Below, piece after piece: positions 13,101 to 25,369 of a stretch of DNA of 64,000 nt (position 1 is its first letter; every line of letters starts with the position of its first letter). Where the stretch lies: positions 21,567,935 through 21,631,934 of the forward strand of contig NC_090373.1 of assembly GCF_036365525.1 (NCBI RefSeq). Direction: 5' to 3'. The notes beneath the pieces were generated by a model. That model had not been told where the DNA came from, did no database searches, and saw only the letters and a program-made list of their open reading frames with translations. Made by a program: the position numbers and the translations under genes. Source of the DNA: Heterodontus francisci (lineage: Eukaryota).

Positions 13101-16100
13101 NNNNNNNNNNNNNNNNNNNNNNNNNNNNNNNNNNNNNNNNNNNNNNNNNNNNNNNNNNNNNNNNNNNNNNNNNNNNNNNNNNNNNNNNNNNNNNNNNNNN
13201 NNNNNNNNNNNNNNNNNNNNNNNNNNNNNNNNNNNNNNNNNNNNNNNNNNNNNNNNNNNNNNNNNNNNNNNNNNNNNNNNNNNNNNNNNNNNNNNNNNNN
13301 NNNNNNNNNNNNNNNNNNNNNNNNNNNNNNNNNNNNNNNNNNNNNNNNNNNNNNNNNNNNNNNNNNNNNNNNNNNNNNNNNNNNNNNNNNNNNNNNNNNN
13401 NNNNNNNNNNNNNNNNNNNNNNNNNNNNNNNNNNNNNNNNNNNNNNNNNNNNNNNNNNNNNNNNNNNNNNNNNNNNNNNNNNNNNNNNNNNNNNNNNNNN
13501 NNNNNNNNNNNNNNNNNNNNNNNNNNNNNNNNNNNNNNNNNNNNNNNNNNNNNNNNNNNNNNNNNNNNNNNNNNNNNNNNNNNNNNNNNNNNNNNNNNNN
13601 NNNNNNNNNNNNNNNNNNNNNNNNNNNNNNNNNNNNNNNNNNNNNNNNNNNNNNNNNNNNNNNNNNNNNNNNNNNNNNNNNNNNNNNNNNNNNNNNNNNN
13701 NNNNNNNNNNNNNNNNGGGGAGTGGGAGGGGAAGGGGAGGGGGAGGGGGAGGGGGAAGGGGGAGGGGAAAGGGGGAGGGGGAAGGGGAGGGGGGGAAGGG
13801 GGGAAGGGGAGGGGGGGAAGGGGNNNNNNNNNNNNNNNNNNNNNNNNNNNNNNNNNNNNNNNNNNNNNNNNNNNNNNNNNNNNNNNNNNNNNNNNNNNNN
13901 NNNNNNNNNNNNNNNNNNNNNNNNNNNNNNNNNNNNNNNNNNNNNNNNNNNNNNNNNNNNNNNNNNNNNNNNNNNNNNNNNNGGGGAATATGGGAGGGGA
14001 AGAGGGGAAGGGAATATGGGAGGGGAGNNNNNNNNNNNNNNNNNNNNNNNNNNNNNNNNNNNNNNNNNNNNNNNNNNNNNNNNNNNNNNNNNNNNNNNNN
14101 NNNNNNNNNNNNNNNNNNNNNNNNNNNNNNNNNNNNNNNNNNNNNNNNNNNNNNNNNNNNNNNNNNNNNNNNNNNNNNNNNNNNNNNNNNNNNNNNNNNN
14201 NNNNNNNNNNNNNNNNNNNNNNNNNNNNNNNNNNNNNNNNNNNNNNNNNNNNNNNNNNNNNNNNNNNNNNNNNNNNNNNNNNNNNNNNNNNNNNNNNNNN
14301 NNNNNNNNNNNNNNNNNNNNNNNNNNNNNNNNNNNNNNNNNNNNNNNNNNNNNNNNNNNNNNNNNNNNNNNNNNNNNNNNNNNNNNNNNNNNNNNNNNNN
14401 NNNNNNNNNNNNNNNNNNNNNNNNNNNNNNNNNNNNNNNNNNNNNNNNNNNNNNNNNNNNNNNNNNNNNNNNNNNNNNNNNNNNNNNNNNNNNNNNNNNN
14501 NNNNNNNNNNNNNNGGGGGGATGGNNNNNNNNNNNNNNNNNNNNNNNNNNNNNNNNNNNNNNNNNNNNNNNNNNNNNNNNNNNNNNNNNNNNNNNNNNNN
14601 NNNNNNNNNNNNNNNNNNNNNNNNNNNNNNNNNNNNNNNNNNNNNNNNNNNNNNNNNNNNNNNNNNNNNNNNNNNNNNNNNNNNNNNNNNNNNNNNNNNN
14701 NNNNNNNNNNNNNNNNNNNNNNNNNNNNNNNNNNNNNNNNNNNNNNNNNNNNNNNNNNNNNNNNNNNNNNNNNNNNNNNNNNNNNNNNNNNNNNNNNNNN
14801 NNNNNNNNNNNNNNNNNNNNNNNNNNNNNNNNNNNNNNNNNNNNNNNNNNNNNNNNNNNNNNNNNNNNNNNNNNNNNNNNNNNNNNNNNNNNNNNNNNNN
14901 NNNNNNNNNNNNNNNNNNNNNNNNNNNNNNNNNNNNNNNNNNNNNNNNNNNNNNNNNNNNNNNNNNNNNNNNNNNNNNNNNNNNNNNNNNNNNNNNNNNN
15001 NNNNNNNNNNNNNNNNNNNNNNNNNNNNNNNNNNNNNNNNNNNNNNNNNNNNNNNNNGACGGGGAGGGGGGAAGGGGAAGGGGGAGGGGGGAGGGGGAGG
15101 GGGGGAGGGGAGAGGGGAGGGTGAGGGGAGAGGGGGGAGCGGGGAAGGGGAAGGGGAGGGGGGAAGGGGGAGAAGAGGGGGAGAAGAGGGGNNNNNNNNN
15201 NNNNNNNNNNNNNNNNNNNNNNNNNNNNNNNNNNNNNNNNNNNNNNNNNNNNNNNNNNNNNNNNNNNNNNNNNNNNNNNNNNNNNNNNNNNNNNNNNNNN
15301 NNNNNNNNNNNNNNNNNNNNNNNNNNNNNNNNNNNNNNNNNNNNNNNNNNNNNNNNNNNNNNNNNNNNNNNNNNNNNNNNNNNNNNNNNNNNNNNNNNNN
15401 NNNNNNNNNNNNNNNNNNNNNNNNNNNNNNNNNNNNNNNNNNNNNNNNNNNNNNNNNNNNNNNNNNNNNNNNNNNNNNNNNNNNNNNNNNNNNNNNNNNN
15501 NNNNNNNNNNNNNNNNNNNNNNNNNNNNNNNNNNNNNNNNNNNNNNNNNNNNNNNNNNNNNNNNNNNNNNNNNNNNNNNNNNNNNNNNNNNNNNNNNNNN
15601 NNNNNNNNNNNNNNNNNNNNNNNNNNNNNNNNNNNNNNNNNNNNNNNNNNNNNNNNNNNNNNNNNNNNNNNNNNNNNNNNNNNNNNNNNNNNNNNNNNNN
15701 NNNNNNNNNNNNNNNNNNNNNNNNNNNNNNNNNNNNNNNNNNNNNNNNNNNNNNNNNNNNNNNNNNNNNNNNNNNNNNNNNNNNNNNNNNNNNNNNNNNN
15801 NNNNNNNNNNNNNNNNNNNNNNNNNNNNNNNNNNNNNNNNNNNNNNNNNNNNNNNNNNNNNNNNNNNNNNNNNNNNNNNNNNNNNNNNNNGAGAGAGGAG
15901 GGGGGAGAGAGGAGGGGGGGAGAGAGGAGGTGGGGAGAGAGAAGGTGGGGGAGAGGAGGTGGGGGAGAGGGAGAGAGAGGAGGTGGGGGAGAGAGGTTGG
16001 GGGGAGAGAGGTGGGGGGGGAGAGAGGTGGGGGGGGAGAGAGGTGGGGGGGGAGAGAAGTGGGGGGGGAGGAGAGGTGGGGGGGGGAGAGAAGTGGGGGG

Positions 16101-17830
16101 GGAGAGAAGTGGGGGGGGGGAGAGAAGTGGGGGGGGAGAGAAGTGGGGGGGGGGGAGAGAAGTGGGGGGGGGAGAGAAGTGGGGGGGGAGAGAAGTGGGG
16201 GGGGAGAGAAGTGGGGGGGAGAGAAGTGGGGGGGGAGAGAAGTGGGGGGGAGAGAAGTGGGGGGGGAGAGAAGTGGGGGGGGAGAGAAGTGGGGGGGGAG
16301 AGAAGTGGGGGGGGAGAGAAGTGGGGGGGGAGAGAAGTGGGGGGGGGGAGAGAAGTGGGGGGGAGAGAAGTGGGGGGGGGAGTGGGGGAGAGAAGTGGGG
16401 GGGGGAGAGAAGTGGGGGGGGGAGAGAAGTGGGGGGGGAGAGAAGTGGGGGGGGGAGAGAAGTGGGGGGGGGGGAGAGAAGTGGGGGGGGGAGAGAAGTG
16501 GGGGGGGGAGAGAAGTGGGGGGGGGGAGAGAAGTGGGGGGGGGAGAGAGGTGGGGGGGAGAGAGGTGGGGGGAGAGTGGTGGGGGGGGGGAGAGTGGTGG
16601 GGGGGGGAGAGTGGTGGGGGGGAGAGTGGTGGGGGGGGAGAGTGGTGTGGGGGGGAGAGTGGTGGGGGGGGAGAGTGGTGGGGGGGGGAGAGTGGTGGGG
16701 GGGGGAGAGAGGTGGGGGGGGGAGAGAGGTGGGGGGGGGAGAGAGGTGGGGGGGAGAGAGGTGGTGGGGAGAGGGATGGGAGGAGGGTGGNNNNNNNNNN
16801 NNNNNNNNNNNNNNNNNNNNNNNNNNNNNNNNNNNNNNNNNNNNNNNNNNNNNNNNNNNNNNNNNNNNNNNNNNNNNNNNNNNNNNNNNNNNNNNNNNNN
16901 NNNNNNNNNNNNNNNNNNNNNNNNNNNNNNNNNNNNNNNAGAGAGGAGGGCGAGAGAGGAGGGTGGGGGAGAGAGGAGGGGAGGGAGAGAGGAGGGGAGG
17001 GAGAGAGCAGGGGAGGGAGAGAGCAGGGGAGGGAGAGAGGAGGGGAGGGAGAGAGGAGGGGAGGGAGAGAGGAGGGGAGGGAGAGAGGAGGGGGGGAGAG
17101 AGGAGGGGGGGGAGAGAGGAGGGGGGGGAGAGGAGGGGGGGAAGAGAGGAGGGGGGGAGGAGGGGGGGAGAGAGGAGGGGGGGGAGAGAGGAGTGGGGGG
17201 GAGAGGAGGGGGGGGAGGTGGGGGGGAGAGGGGTGGGGGGGGAGAGGAGGGGGGGGAGGGGGGGGGGGGTGGAGGGAGGGGAGGGGGGGGGGGGGAGAGG
17301 AGGGGGGGAGAGGAGGGTGGGGGAGAGTGGAGGGGAGGGAGAGAGCAGGGGGGGAGAGGAGGGGGGGAGAGAGGAGGTGAGGGGAGAGAGGAGGTGGGGA
17401 GAGTGGGGGGGAGAGTGGGGGAGAGAGAGGAGGGGGGGAGAGAGGAGGGGGGGGAGAGAGAGGAGGGGGGGGGGAGAGAGAGGAGGGGGGGAGAGAGAGG
17501 AGGGGGGGAGAGAGAGGAGGGGGGGAGAGAGAGGAGGGGGGGAGAGTGAGGAGGGGGAAGAGAGAGGAGGGGGGGAGAGAGAGGAAGGGGGGGGAGAGAG
17601 AGGAAGGGGGGGAGAGAGAGGAAGGGGTGGAGAGAGGAGGGGGGAGAGAGGAGGGGGGAGAGAGAAGGGGGGGAGTGAGAAGGGGGGGAGTGAGAAGGGG
17701 GGGAGTGAGGAGCGGGGGGAGTGAGGAGGGGGGGGGAGTGAGGAGGGGGGGGGAGAGAGGAGATGGGGGGGGGAGAGAGGAGATGGGGGAGAGCGGGGGG
17801 AGGTAGAGGAGCGGGGGGGGGGGGATGAGA
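10134..17830 (+). repeat. G/A-rich low-complexity tract interleaved with assembly gaps
   Basis: Mostly N; resolved islands are almost all purine, e.g. (GAGAGAAGTG)Gn units at 16030-16540. Confidence 0.95.
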
Positions 17831-17839
17831 GGGGGGGGG

Positions 17840-18012
17840 GGTGAGAGGGGACGGTGAAACAAGAACAAAAGCAAAGGTCCGTGGCAGTGGAGGACAGGAG
17901 AGGTTAAATGACAAAAGGGTTCATGGTGCAAGACTCAAAGTTGAGTCCAAAAGCTGTAAAGTGCGCAGTTGAAAGGTCAGGTGCTGTTCCTGGAGTTTAT
18001 GTTGTGCTTCAT
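17840..18012 (-). mobile_element. Penelope-like 3' fragment
   Basis: Minus strand reads EAQHKLQEQHLTFQLRTLQ, matching the C-terminus of the PLE ORF at 55537-56283. Confidence 0.6.
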
Positions 18013-19020
18013 AAGAGCGTAAGAAATGGGAGCAGTAGTAGACTATACTGCCCCTGGAGCCTGCTCCAACATCCAATGTGATTATGGCTGATATTCTGCC
18101 ACAAATCCACTTTCCGCCCGCTCCCCAAATTCCTTGATTCCCTGAGAGATTGGAAATCTGTCTTTCTCAGCCTTGAATATACTCAACAATGGAGCATCTA
18201 CAACATCTGGGGTAGAGAATTCCAAAAATTCACAACCCTCTGATTAAATTTCTTCTCAAAGAAGAAATAATCTTAAATAGTCTTAAATAATCAACCCCTT
18301 GTTCTGAGGCTGTGTCCCCGTGTTCTCGATTCCCCAGCTGGGGGAAACAACTTCTCAGTCAAACCCCTTCAGAATCTTGTATTTTCAGTGCGATCACGTC
18401 TCATTCCTCTGAACTCGAGAGAGTTTGGGCCCAATTTGCTCAGCCTCTCACCATAGGGCAACCTTCTCATCTCAGGAACAAATCTAATGAACCTTCACTG
18501 TACCACTTCCAAGGCAAGTATATCCTTCTTTAGACATGGAAACCAAAACTTTGCACAGAACTCCAGGTGTGGCCTCAAAGTCCGAAACAATTATAGCAAT
18601 AAAGGCCAACATGCCATTTGCCTTCCTAATTGCTTGCTATAACTGTATGCTAACTTTCTGTGTTCTTCGTATGAGCTCACCCACGTCCCTCTGAACATCA
18701 ACACGTTGGGGTTAGGGTCACAGCTTACATTCCCATCGTCCCATTGTATCGTCAACAAACCTGGATACATTCTCGGTCTCTTAACCTAAGTCATTAATAT
18801 AAATTGTAAATTGCTCATGCCCCAGCATTGATCCTTGAGGCACTCCACTGGCACAGCCTGCCAACTTGAAAATGCCCCATTTAATCCTACTCTCTGCTTC
18901 CTGTCTGTTAACCAATCCTCTATCTAATATTTTACCCAACTCCATGACCCCTTATCATACATATTAACCTATTGTGTGGCACCTCATGAAATGCGTTTTG
19001 GAAATCCAAGTATATTACAT

Positions 19021-19889
19021 TCTTACGACCAGGTGAGAAAGGTGTCTAGGGGTCCCTCTCAGCCTTCATCTGGTCTTTCTGTAACAGGGTTTAATTTTAA
19101 ACACACCGTGTTTTTAGCTCTCCCTTGGTGAATTCAATGATCACCGCTTTCCGATTATAAGGCAAAGAAACCAACACAAACAGGCTTTCTTAGGTTTAAA
19201 GAAACAAAGTTTGAAATTTATTAAACTTCAACTTTAATTCGGTTAACGCCTATGGATACACGCGCACCCCATGTTAGCATGCATACGCGATACACACATG
19301 CAAATAGAGACAGAAAAGAGAAGAAAAATAAAGTGGAAAAGTTTGAGGCAATATCTGAAGAGTTTTTGTTACGGTTCTTCGAGTTCACTGTAGAGTCCTT
19401 GATTGTAGGTAGATCTTGCTTTTCATTGGGGCCCAGAATTCTTCTTAAACCTTGTTCGCTGTAGGAGACTTTTCTCTCTTGGGGTTCATGTGTCTTCAGT
19501 GGATTCAGAGGTTATGAGAAAAAGATGGGAGCAGGCAGAAGCGACCTTCTCAGTTCAGGAAAAAACAGACTTTTTGCCCAAACTGTTGGTACAAATTCAA
19601 AAAACTCAGGTTGCCCAGCAGGTTAGTCATGTGACTAGCTGGTTTGACCACGTCCGTTTGTGTATTCAGCCATCTTAGCAGTCAATCTGGAATGCGAGCT
19701 CCCCCACCTCCAATGTCTGGTGATCAATGCTTTATCCTTCCAAACACTGTTTGTTAATGTGCAAATGTCTTTCCAGCCACGGCTGATCTGTTTAACAAGT
19801 CCTTTCTACACTCCAGTAACAGTTTAAAATCAATGTTCATGACAAAATTCATGTTCCTCATTCTTAGCAGGTGGGGGCCTAGCATGACA
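19021..19889 (-). mobile_element. Solo LTR inserted in CR1 RT
   Basis: Reverse complement of the 108-921 family; 4-bp TSD ACAT (19017-19020 and 19890-19893); CR1 sequence rejoins across it. Confidence 0.9.
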
Positions 19890-20783
19890 ACATCTGCTGG
19901 CTCCCCTTTATCTACACTACTAGTTACATCCTCAAAAAAACTCTGACAGATTTGTCAAACACAATTTCCCTTTCAGAAGACCATATGGACTCTGTATGAT
20001 CATACTATGATTTTCTAAGCAGATTGTTAAGACATCCTTAATAATAGATTCCAGCATTTTCCCGATGACTTATGTCAGGCTAACTGGCCTGTTTTCTCTG
20101 TCCCTCCTTTCTTGAATAGTGATGTTCCATTTGCTAATTTCCAATCATCTGGGACTAGAATCCAGGGAATTTTGGGAAATCTTAGCCAGTGCATCCACTA
20201 TCTCTGTAGCTACCTCTCTTAGAACCCTAGGATGTAGGCCATTTAGTCCTGGGGGTTTGTCAGCTTTTAGTCATTTAAGTTTCTCGAATATTTTTTCTCT
20301 GCTGATACTAATTATTTTAAGTTCCTCATTCTTATTAGTCCCTTGGTTACCCTCTATATCTGGTGTAACTTGTGTCTTCTACTATGTACAAAATATTTGT
20401 TCAATGCCTCTGCCATTTCCTCATTCCCCATGATAATTTCGTCTGTCTGGCTCTAAGGGACCAATGTTTACTTTAGCTACTTTCCTTTTTATATGTTTGT
20501 GAAAGCTCTTACAGTCCATTTTTATATTCCTGGCTCGGTCCTCTCATATTCTATTTTTTCCCCTTTTAACAACTTTTTGATCACCCTTTGCTAATTTCCG
20601 AAACACTCCCAATCCTCAAGCTTACTACTATTCTTTGCAAAATTAGAAGCCTCTTATTTTAATCTAATAGTATCTATAACTTAAATAAAAGCAAAATACT
20701 GCAGATGCTGGAAATCTGAAATAAAAACAAGAAATGCTAGAAATACTCAGCAGGTCTGGCAGCATCTGTGGAGAGAGAAGCAG

Positions 20784-20820
20784 AGTTAATGTTTCAGGTC
20801 AGTGACCCTTCATCAGAATT
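20784..20820 (-). ncRNA. Minimal type I hammerhead ribozyme motif
   Basis: aatt-CTGATGA-a-gggtc/act/gacct-GAAA-c-att-aact. Confidence 0.7.
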
Positions 20821-21910
20821 GCCAAATATTAGAAATGTAAAGGGTTTGAAGCAAGTAAAGCGGGTGTGAGGCAAGAGATAACAAAACAGAAGGTGTTGAT
20901 AGGACAAGGTCACAGAGAATAACTGACCAGAAGGTCATGCAGCAAAGGCAAATGGTATGTTAATGGTGTGCTGAAAGACAAAGCGTCAGTGCAGAGAGGG
21001 TGTCAATTGACAGTAAAAAGAACAGCCCTGGCCCCAAGCACCAACATGAAAAAAAAAGTAGGCACAGTAGAAACAAACTAAACAAATGGAAATAAAATAA
21101 ACAAATAAAAAATAACTAAAAATAAAAAGGGGGGCCTGCCATGCTCTGAAATTATTGAACAATGTAGAGGAGACCACATTGTGAACAGCGAATACAGTAT
21201 ACTAAATTGAAAGAAGTACAAGTAAATCACTGCTTCACTTGAAAGGAGTGTTTGGGGCCTGGGATAGTGAGGAGAGAGGAGGTAAATGGGCAGGTAGTAC
21301 ACCTCCTGTGATTGCAGGGGAAGGTGCCGTGGGAAGGAGTTGGGGGTGAAGGAGGAGTGGACTCACAATTCGCTGCTCACAATGTGGTCTGCTCTACATT
21401 GGGGAGACCAAACGCCCACGGCACCTTCCCCTGTAATCGCAGGAGGTGTAATACCTGCCCGTTTACCTCCTCTTTCCTCACTAGCCAAGGCCCCAAGCTC
21501 TCCTTTCAGGTGAAGCAGCGATTTACTTCTTTCAATTTAGTATACTGTATTCGCTGTTCACAATGTGGTCTCCTCTACATTGTTCAATAATTTCAGAGCA
21601 TGACCTTTTTATTTTTAGTTATTTTTTATTTGTTTATTTTATTTTAGTGTGTTTAGTTTGTTTCTACTGTGCCTACCCACCGTTTTTTTCATGTTTGTGC
21701 TTGTGGCTGTTCAGTTTTCAGTCCATTAACACCCTCTCTGTACTAATGCTTTGTCTTTCAGCATACCATTAACATACCATTTGCCTTTGTTCCATGACAT
21801 TCTGGCTAGTTATTCTCTGTGGCCTTGTCCTATCAACACCTTCTGTTGTGTTATCACTTGCCCCACCCCCGCTTTACTGCTTAAAACCTTTTACATTTCT
21901 AATATTTGTC

Positions 21911-21947
21911 AGTTCTGATGAAAGGTCACTGACCTGAAATGTTAACT
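21911..21947 (+). ncRNA. Minimal type I hammerhead ribozyme motif
   Basis: agtt-CTGATGA-a-aggtc/act/gacct-GAAA-t-GTT-aact; stem I agtt/aact. Confidence 0.75.
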
Positions 21948-22674
21948 CTGCTTCTCTCTCCACAGATGCTGCCAGACCTGCTGGCTATCTTTAACTTCCC
22001 TGGTAAACCATGGTCACTGAGTTTTTGTTTTTTAATGGAACATATTTTTGTTGAACATATTGAATCATTTATTTAAATGTTTCCCACTGGTTATTTACTG
22101 CCATACCTTTATTCTATTTACCCAATCAACCTAAGGCAGCTCTCCTCATACCTAACTGCTTTAAGTTTAAGTTTAAGATTCCTGTTTTGGACTCCAGTAT
22201 GTCACTCTCAAACTTAATATGGAATTCAATTGTATTATGATCACTATTTCTCAGATATCTCTTACTATGGGATTACTAATTAACCCTGCTTCATTACACA
22301 AAACTAGATCTGAAATAGCATCATCCTTAGTTGGTTCCACAACATATTGTTCTAAAAAAAACAGTTGCAAAAGCATCAAACTCATCTTCCGGACTACCTT
22401 GGTCCATCCGATTTGTCCCGTCTTATAAAGATTAAAGTTCCCAACAATTATTACATTGCCTTTGTAACAAACTCCAATTATTTCTCTCTCAATGCTTTGT
22501 CGAATGGTATAACTACTGTTTGAGAAACTATAAACTACTCACATCAGCATTTTCTGACCCTTGTTATTTCTAATTTCCCCACAAATTGTTTGTCCTTCCT
22601 GATCTTCTGAGCCAAGATCCTTGCTTACTACTGTGCTTATGTCATCCTTTACAATTGCCTCCTCCTTTGCCATT

Positions 22675-24068
22675 AGAACTATAGAACCACAGAAAAATTA
22701 CAGCACAGAAGGAGGCCATTCAGCCCATCAGGTCTGCGATGGCTGAAACATCTAGCTGCCTAATCTAATCCCACCTTCCAGCACCTGGTCCGTAGCCTTG
22801 CAGGTTACAGCACTTCAGGTGCATGTCCAGGTACCTTTTAAATGAGCTGAGGGTTTCTGCCTCCACCACCATTCCTGGCAGTGAATTCCAGACACCCACC
22901 ACCCTCTGGGTGAAAACGTTTTTCCTCATGTCCTCTCTAATCCTTCTACCAATCACCTTAAATCTGTGCCCCCTGTTAATTGATCTCTCTGCTAGGAGAA
23001 ACAGGTCCTTCCTGTCTACTATATCTAGGCCCCTCATAATTTTGTACACCTCAATTAGGTCACCCCTCAGCCTTCTCTATTGCAAGGAAAACAACCATAG
23101 CTGATTCAATCTTTGCTCATAGCTGCAACTTTCAAGCCCTGGCAACATTCTTGTAAATCTCCTCTGTACTCTCTCCAGAGCAATTATGTCCTTCCTGTAA
23201 TGTGGTGACCAGAACTATATGCAATACTCCAGCTGTGGCCTAACCAGTGTTTTATACAGTTCCAGCATTACATCTTTGCTTTTGTATTCTATACCTCGGC
23301 CAATAAAGGAAAGCATTCCATATGCCTTCTTCACATCTATCTACCTGTCCTGCCACCTTCAGGGACCTGTGGACATGCACTCCAAGGTCTCTCACTTGTT
23401 CTAACCATCTCGATATCCTCCCGTTTATTGTGTATTCCCTTGCTTTATTTGCCCTCCCCAAATGCATGACCTCACACTTCTCAGGATTGAATTCCATTTG
23501 CCACTTCGCCACCCACTCCAACCAAACCATTGATATCATTCTGGAGTCTACAGCTATCCTCTTCACTATCAACTACACGGCCACTTTTTGTGTCATCAGC
23601 AAATTTCCCAATCATGCCTCCCACATTTCAGTCCAAAACATTAATATATACCACAACAGCAAGGGTCTCAACACTGAGCCCTGTAGAACGCCACTGGAAA
23701 CCACCTTCCATTCACATAAATATCCATCGACCTCAACCCTTTGTTTCCTGTCACTGAGTCAATTTTGGAACCAACTCGCCACATTCCCCCTGTATCCCAT
23801 GGGCTTTTACTTTTCTGACCAATCTTCCATGTGGGACCTTGTCAAATGCCTTACTAAAATCCATGTAGACAACATCCACTGCACTACCCTCATCAATTCT
23901 CCTTGTTACTTCCTCAAAAAACTCAATCAAGTTCGTAAGACATGACCTTCCCTTAACAAATCCATGTTGACTATCCCTGATTAATCTTTTCCTTTCTAAG
24001 TGGCAGTTTATCCTGTCTCTCAGAATTGATTCCAATAATTTACCCACCATCGAGGTCAGACTGACCAG
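22675..24068 (-). mobile_element. 5'-truncated CR1 LINE inserted in the older CR1
   Basis: RT motifs SQHGFVKGRSCLTNLIEFFEEV and YMDFSKAFDKVPH; host FRKDRQNGKGG codons rejoin across a CATT duplication. Confidence 0.9.
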
Positions 24069-25369
24069 CATTCTGTCTGTCTTTTCGAAATGATGTGTGC
24101 CCTGGAATATTTATTTCCTCACCTTGCAACCTTGTCTCTGTAATGGCGATTATATCAAATGCATTTATCACTATTTGTGTCTCCAGTTGATCTGTCTTGT
24201 TACAATTGCTTCGTGCATTCAAATAAAGAACCTTTAATTTTATTTGACCACCGTTCTTTGCATGGACTTTATTTGCTGATGCACTATTACTGTTAAACTC
24301 TCTGCCCCTTCCTGTCCCACTCTGCTTGGCTTTATCCAAATCATTACTCTGTTCTATTACCTCAACTTTTCTCTTTAGATTTCTAAATCTCCCTTCACCT
24401 TTACCCCTCTCCCACCTCGGAGTTTAAAGCCCTATCCAGAACCCTAGTTATACAATTCACCAGGACGTTAATCCCAGCCCAGTTTAAGTGGAGCTCATCT
24501 CAACAAAACGGCTCGCTCTTTCCCTATTACTGGTGCCAGTGCCCCATGAATTGAAACCCCTTCTTCCCACACCACCTTTTGAGCAACGCATTCAATTCTC
24601 TAATGTGCTGGACCCTATGCCAATTGGCACGTGGCTCAAGTAACAATCCAAAGGTTATTACCTACGAGGTTCTGCATTTTAATTTGGACTCTTACTCCTT
24701 TTCACTCCCCTCACTTGAATGGGTCCCTGCACCTTGGTACTTTGGTCAGTTTGCCCACTCATCCTGCAGTTCTTGTTCTCATCCACACAGGTAGCAAGTA
24801 CCTTGCACCTGTTGGTCAATGTCAAGGATGGAGGCTCCCCATACCTGCTTGACTCGCAGTCACACCCTCCTGTCCCTGACCATTGACTAACCCTAAAGTC
24901 CTACATAAGCTAAGGAGTGTGACTGCCTCCTAGAACAAAGTGTCCAGGTAACTCTGCCCCTCCCTGATGCTTGGCAATGTTTGCATTCGGACTCCAGCTC
25001 AACAACTCTGAGCTGAAGTTGCTCAAGCTGCAGCCACTTACTGCAGATATGGTTGTCCAGGATTGCAATGCTCTCCAAAGACTCCCATATTTTGCCCTTA
25101 TCAACACACCAACTGCCCCGCCATGTCAGTCTAACAGTATTTATTTATTTCTTTGACTTGTTAATTAGTTAATAATTTAGTAAAGTAATAGTACTTTACA
25201 GTTTCTTGGCTTAGAGTCAAAGGAAAAACACTCACTAGCTACTGGAGGTCAAAGAAAAAGAATAAAAAGCATCTTCTGCATTCACTGCACTGAATTCCTA
25301 CTTGCATCAAATTCCCGACATGAGCACTCTGTTTAAGAAGCACTCAGTTCTCTGAGCACTTTGTGTTCC

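Larger units (their letters stand above)
20683..21985. mobile_element. Non-autonomous fold-back Penelope-like element
   Basis: Two inverted arms of about 0.6 kb of PLE 3' sequence; TSD tatct(a/t)taactt at 20671-20682 and 21986-21997. Confidence 0.85.
18010..25110 (-). mobile_element. Near-full-length decayed CR1 LINE carrying three nested insertions
   Basis: 3' UTR at 18010; RT (FFEDVTS, YLDFQ) split by an LTR; APE endonuclease (YLNARS, IIAITET); ORF1 esterase C-terminus (LHLNWAG, 24420-24580) and N-terminus (HICSKWLQLEQLQLRV). Confidence 0.85.

Noticed and set aside
10078-17931. ORFs of 1200-2600 aa
   Set aside because: They run through Ns and G/A-only repeats that lack stop codons.
108-19889. 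The two LTRs as ends of one provirus or a giant TIR element
   Set aside because: They are in inverted orientation and each has its own distinct TSD.
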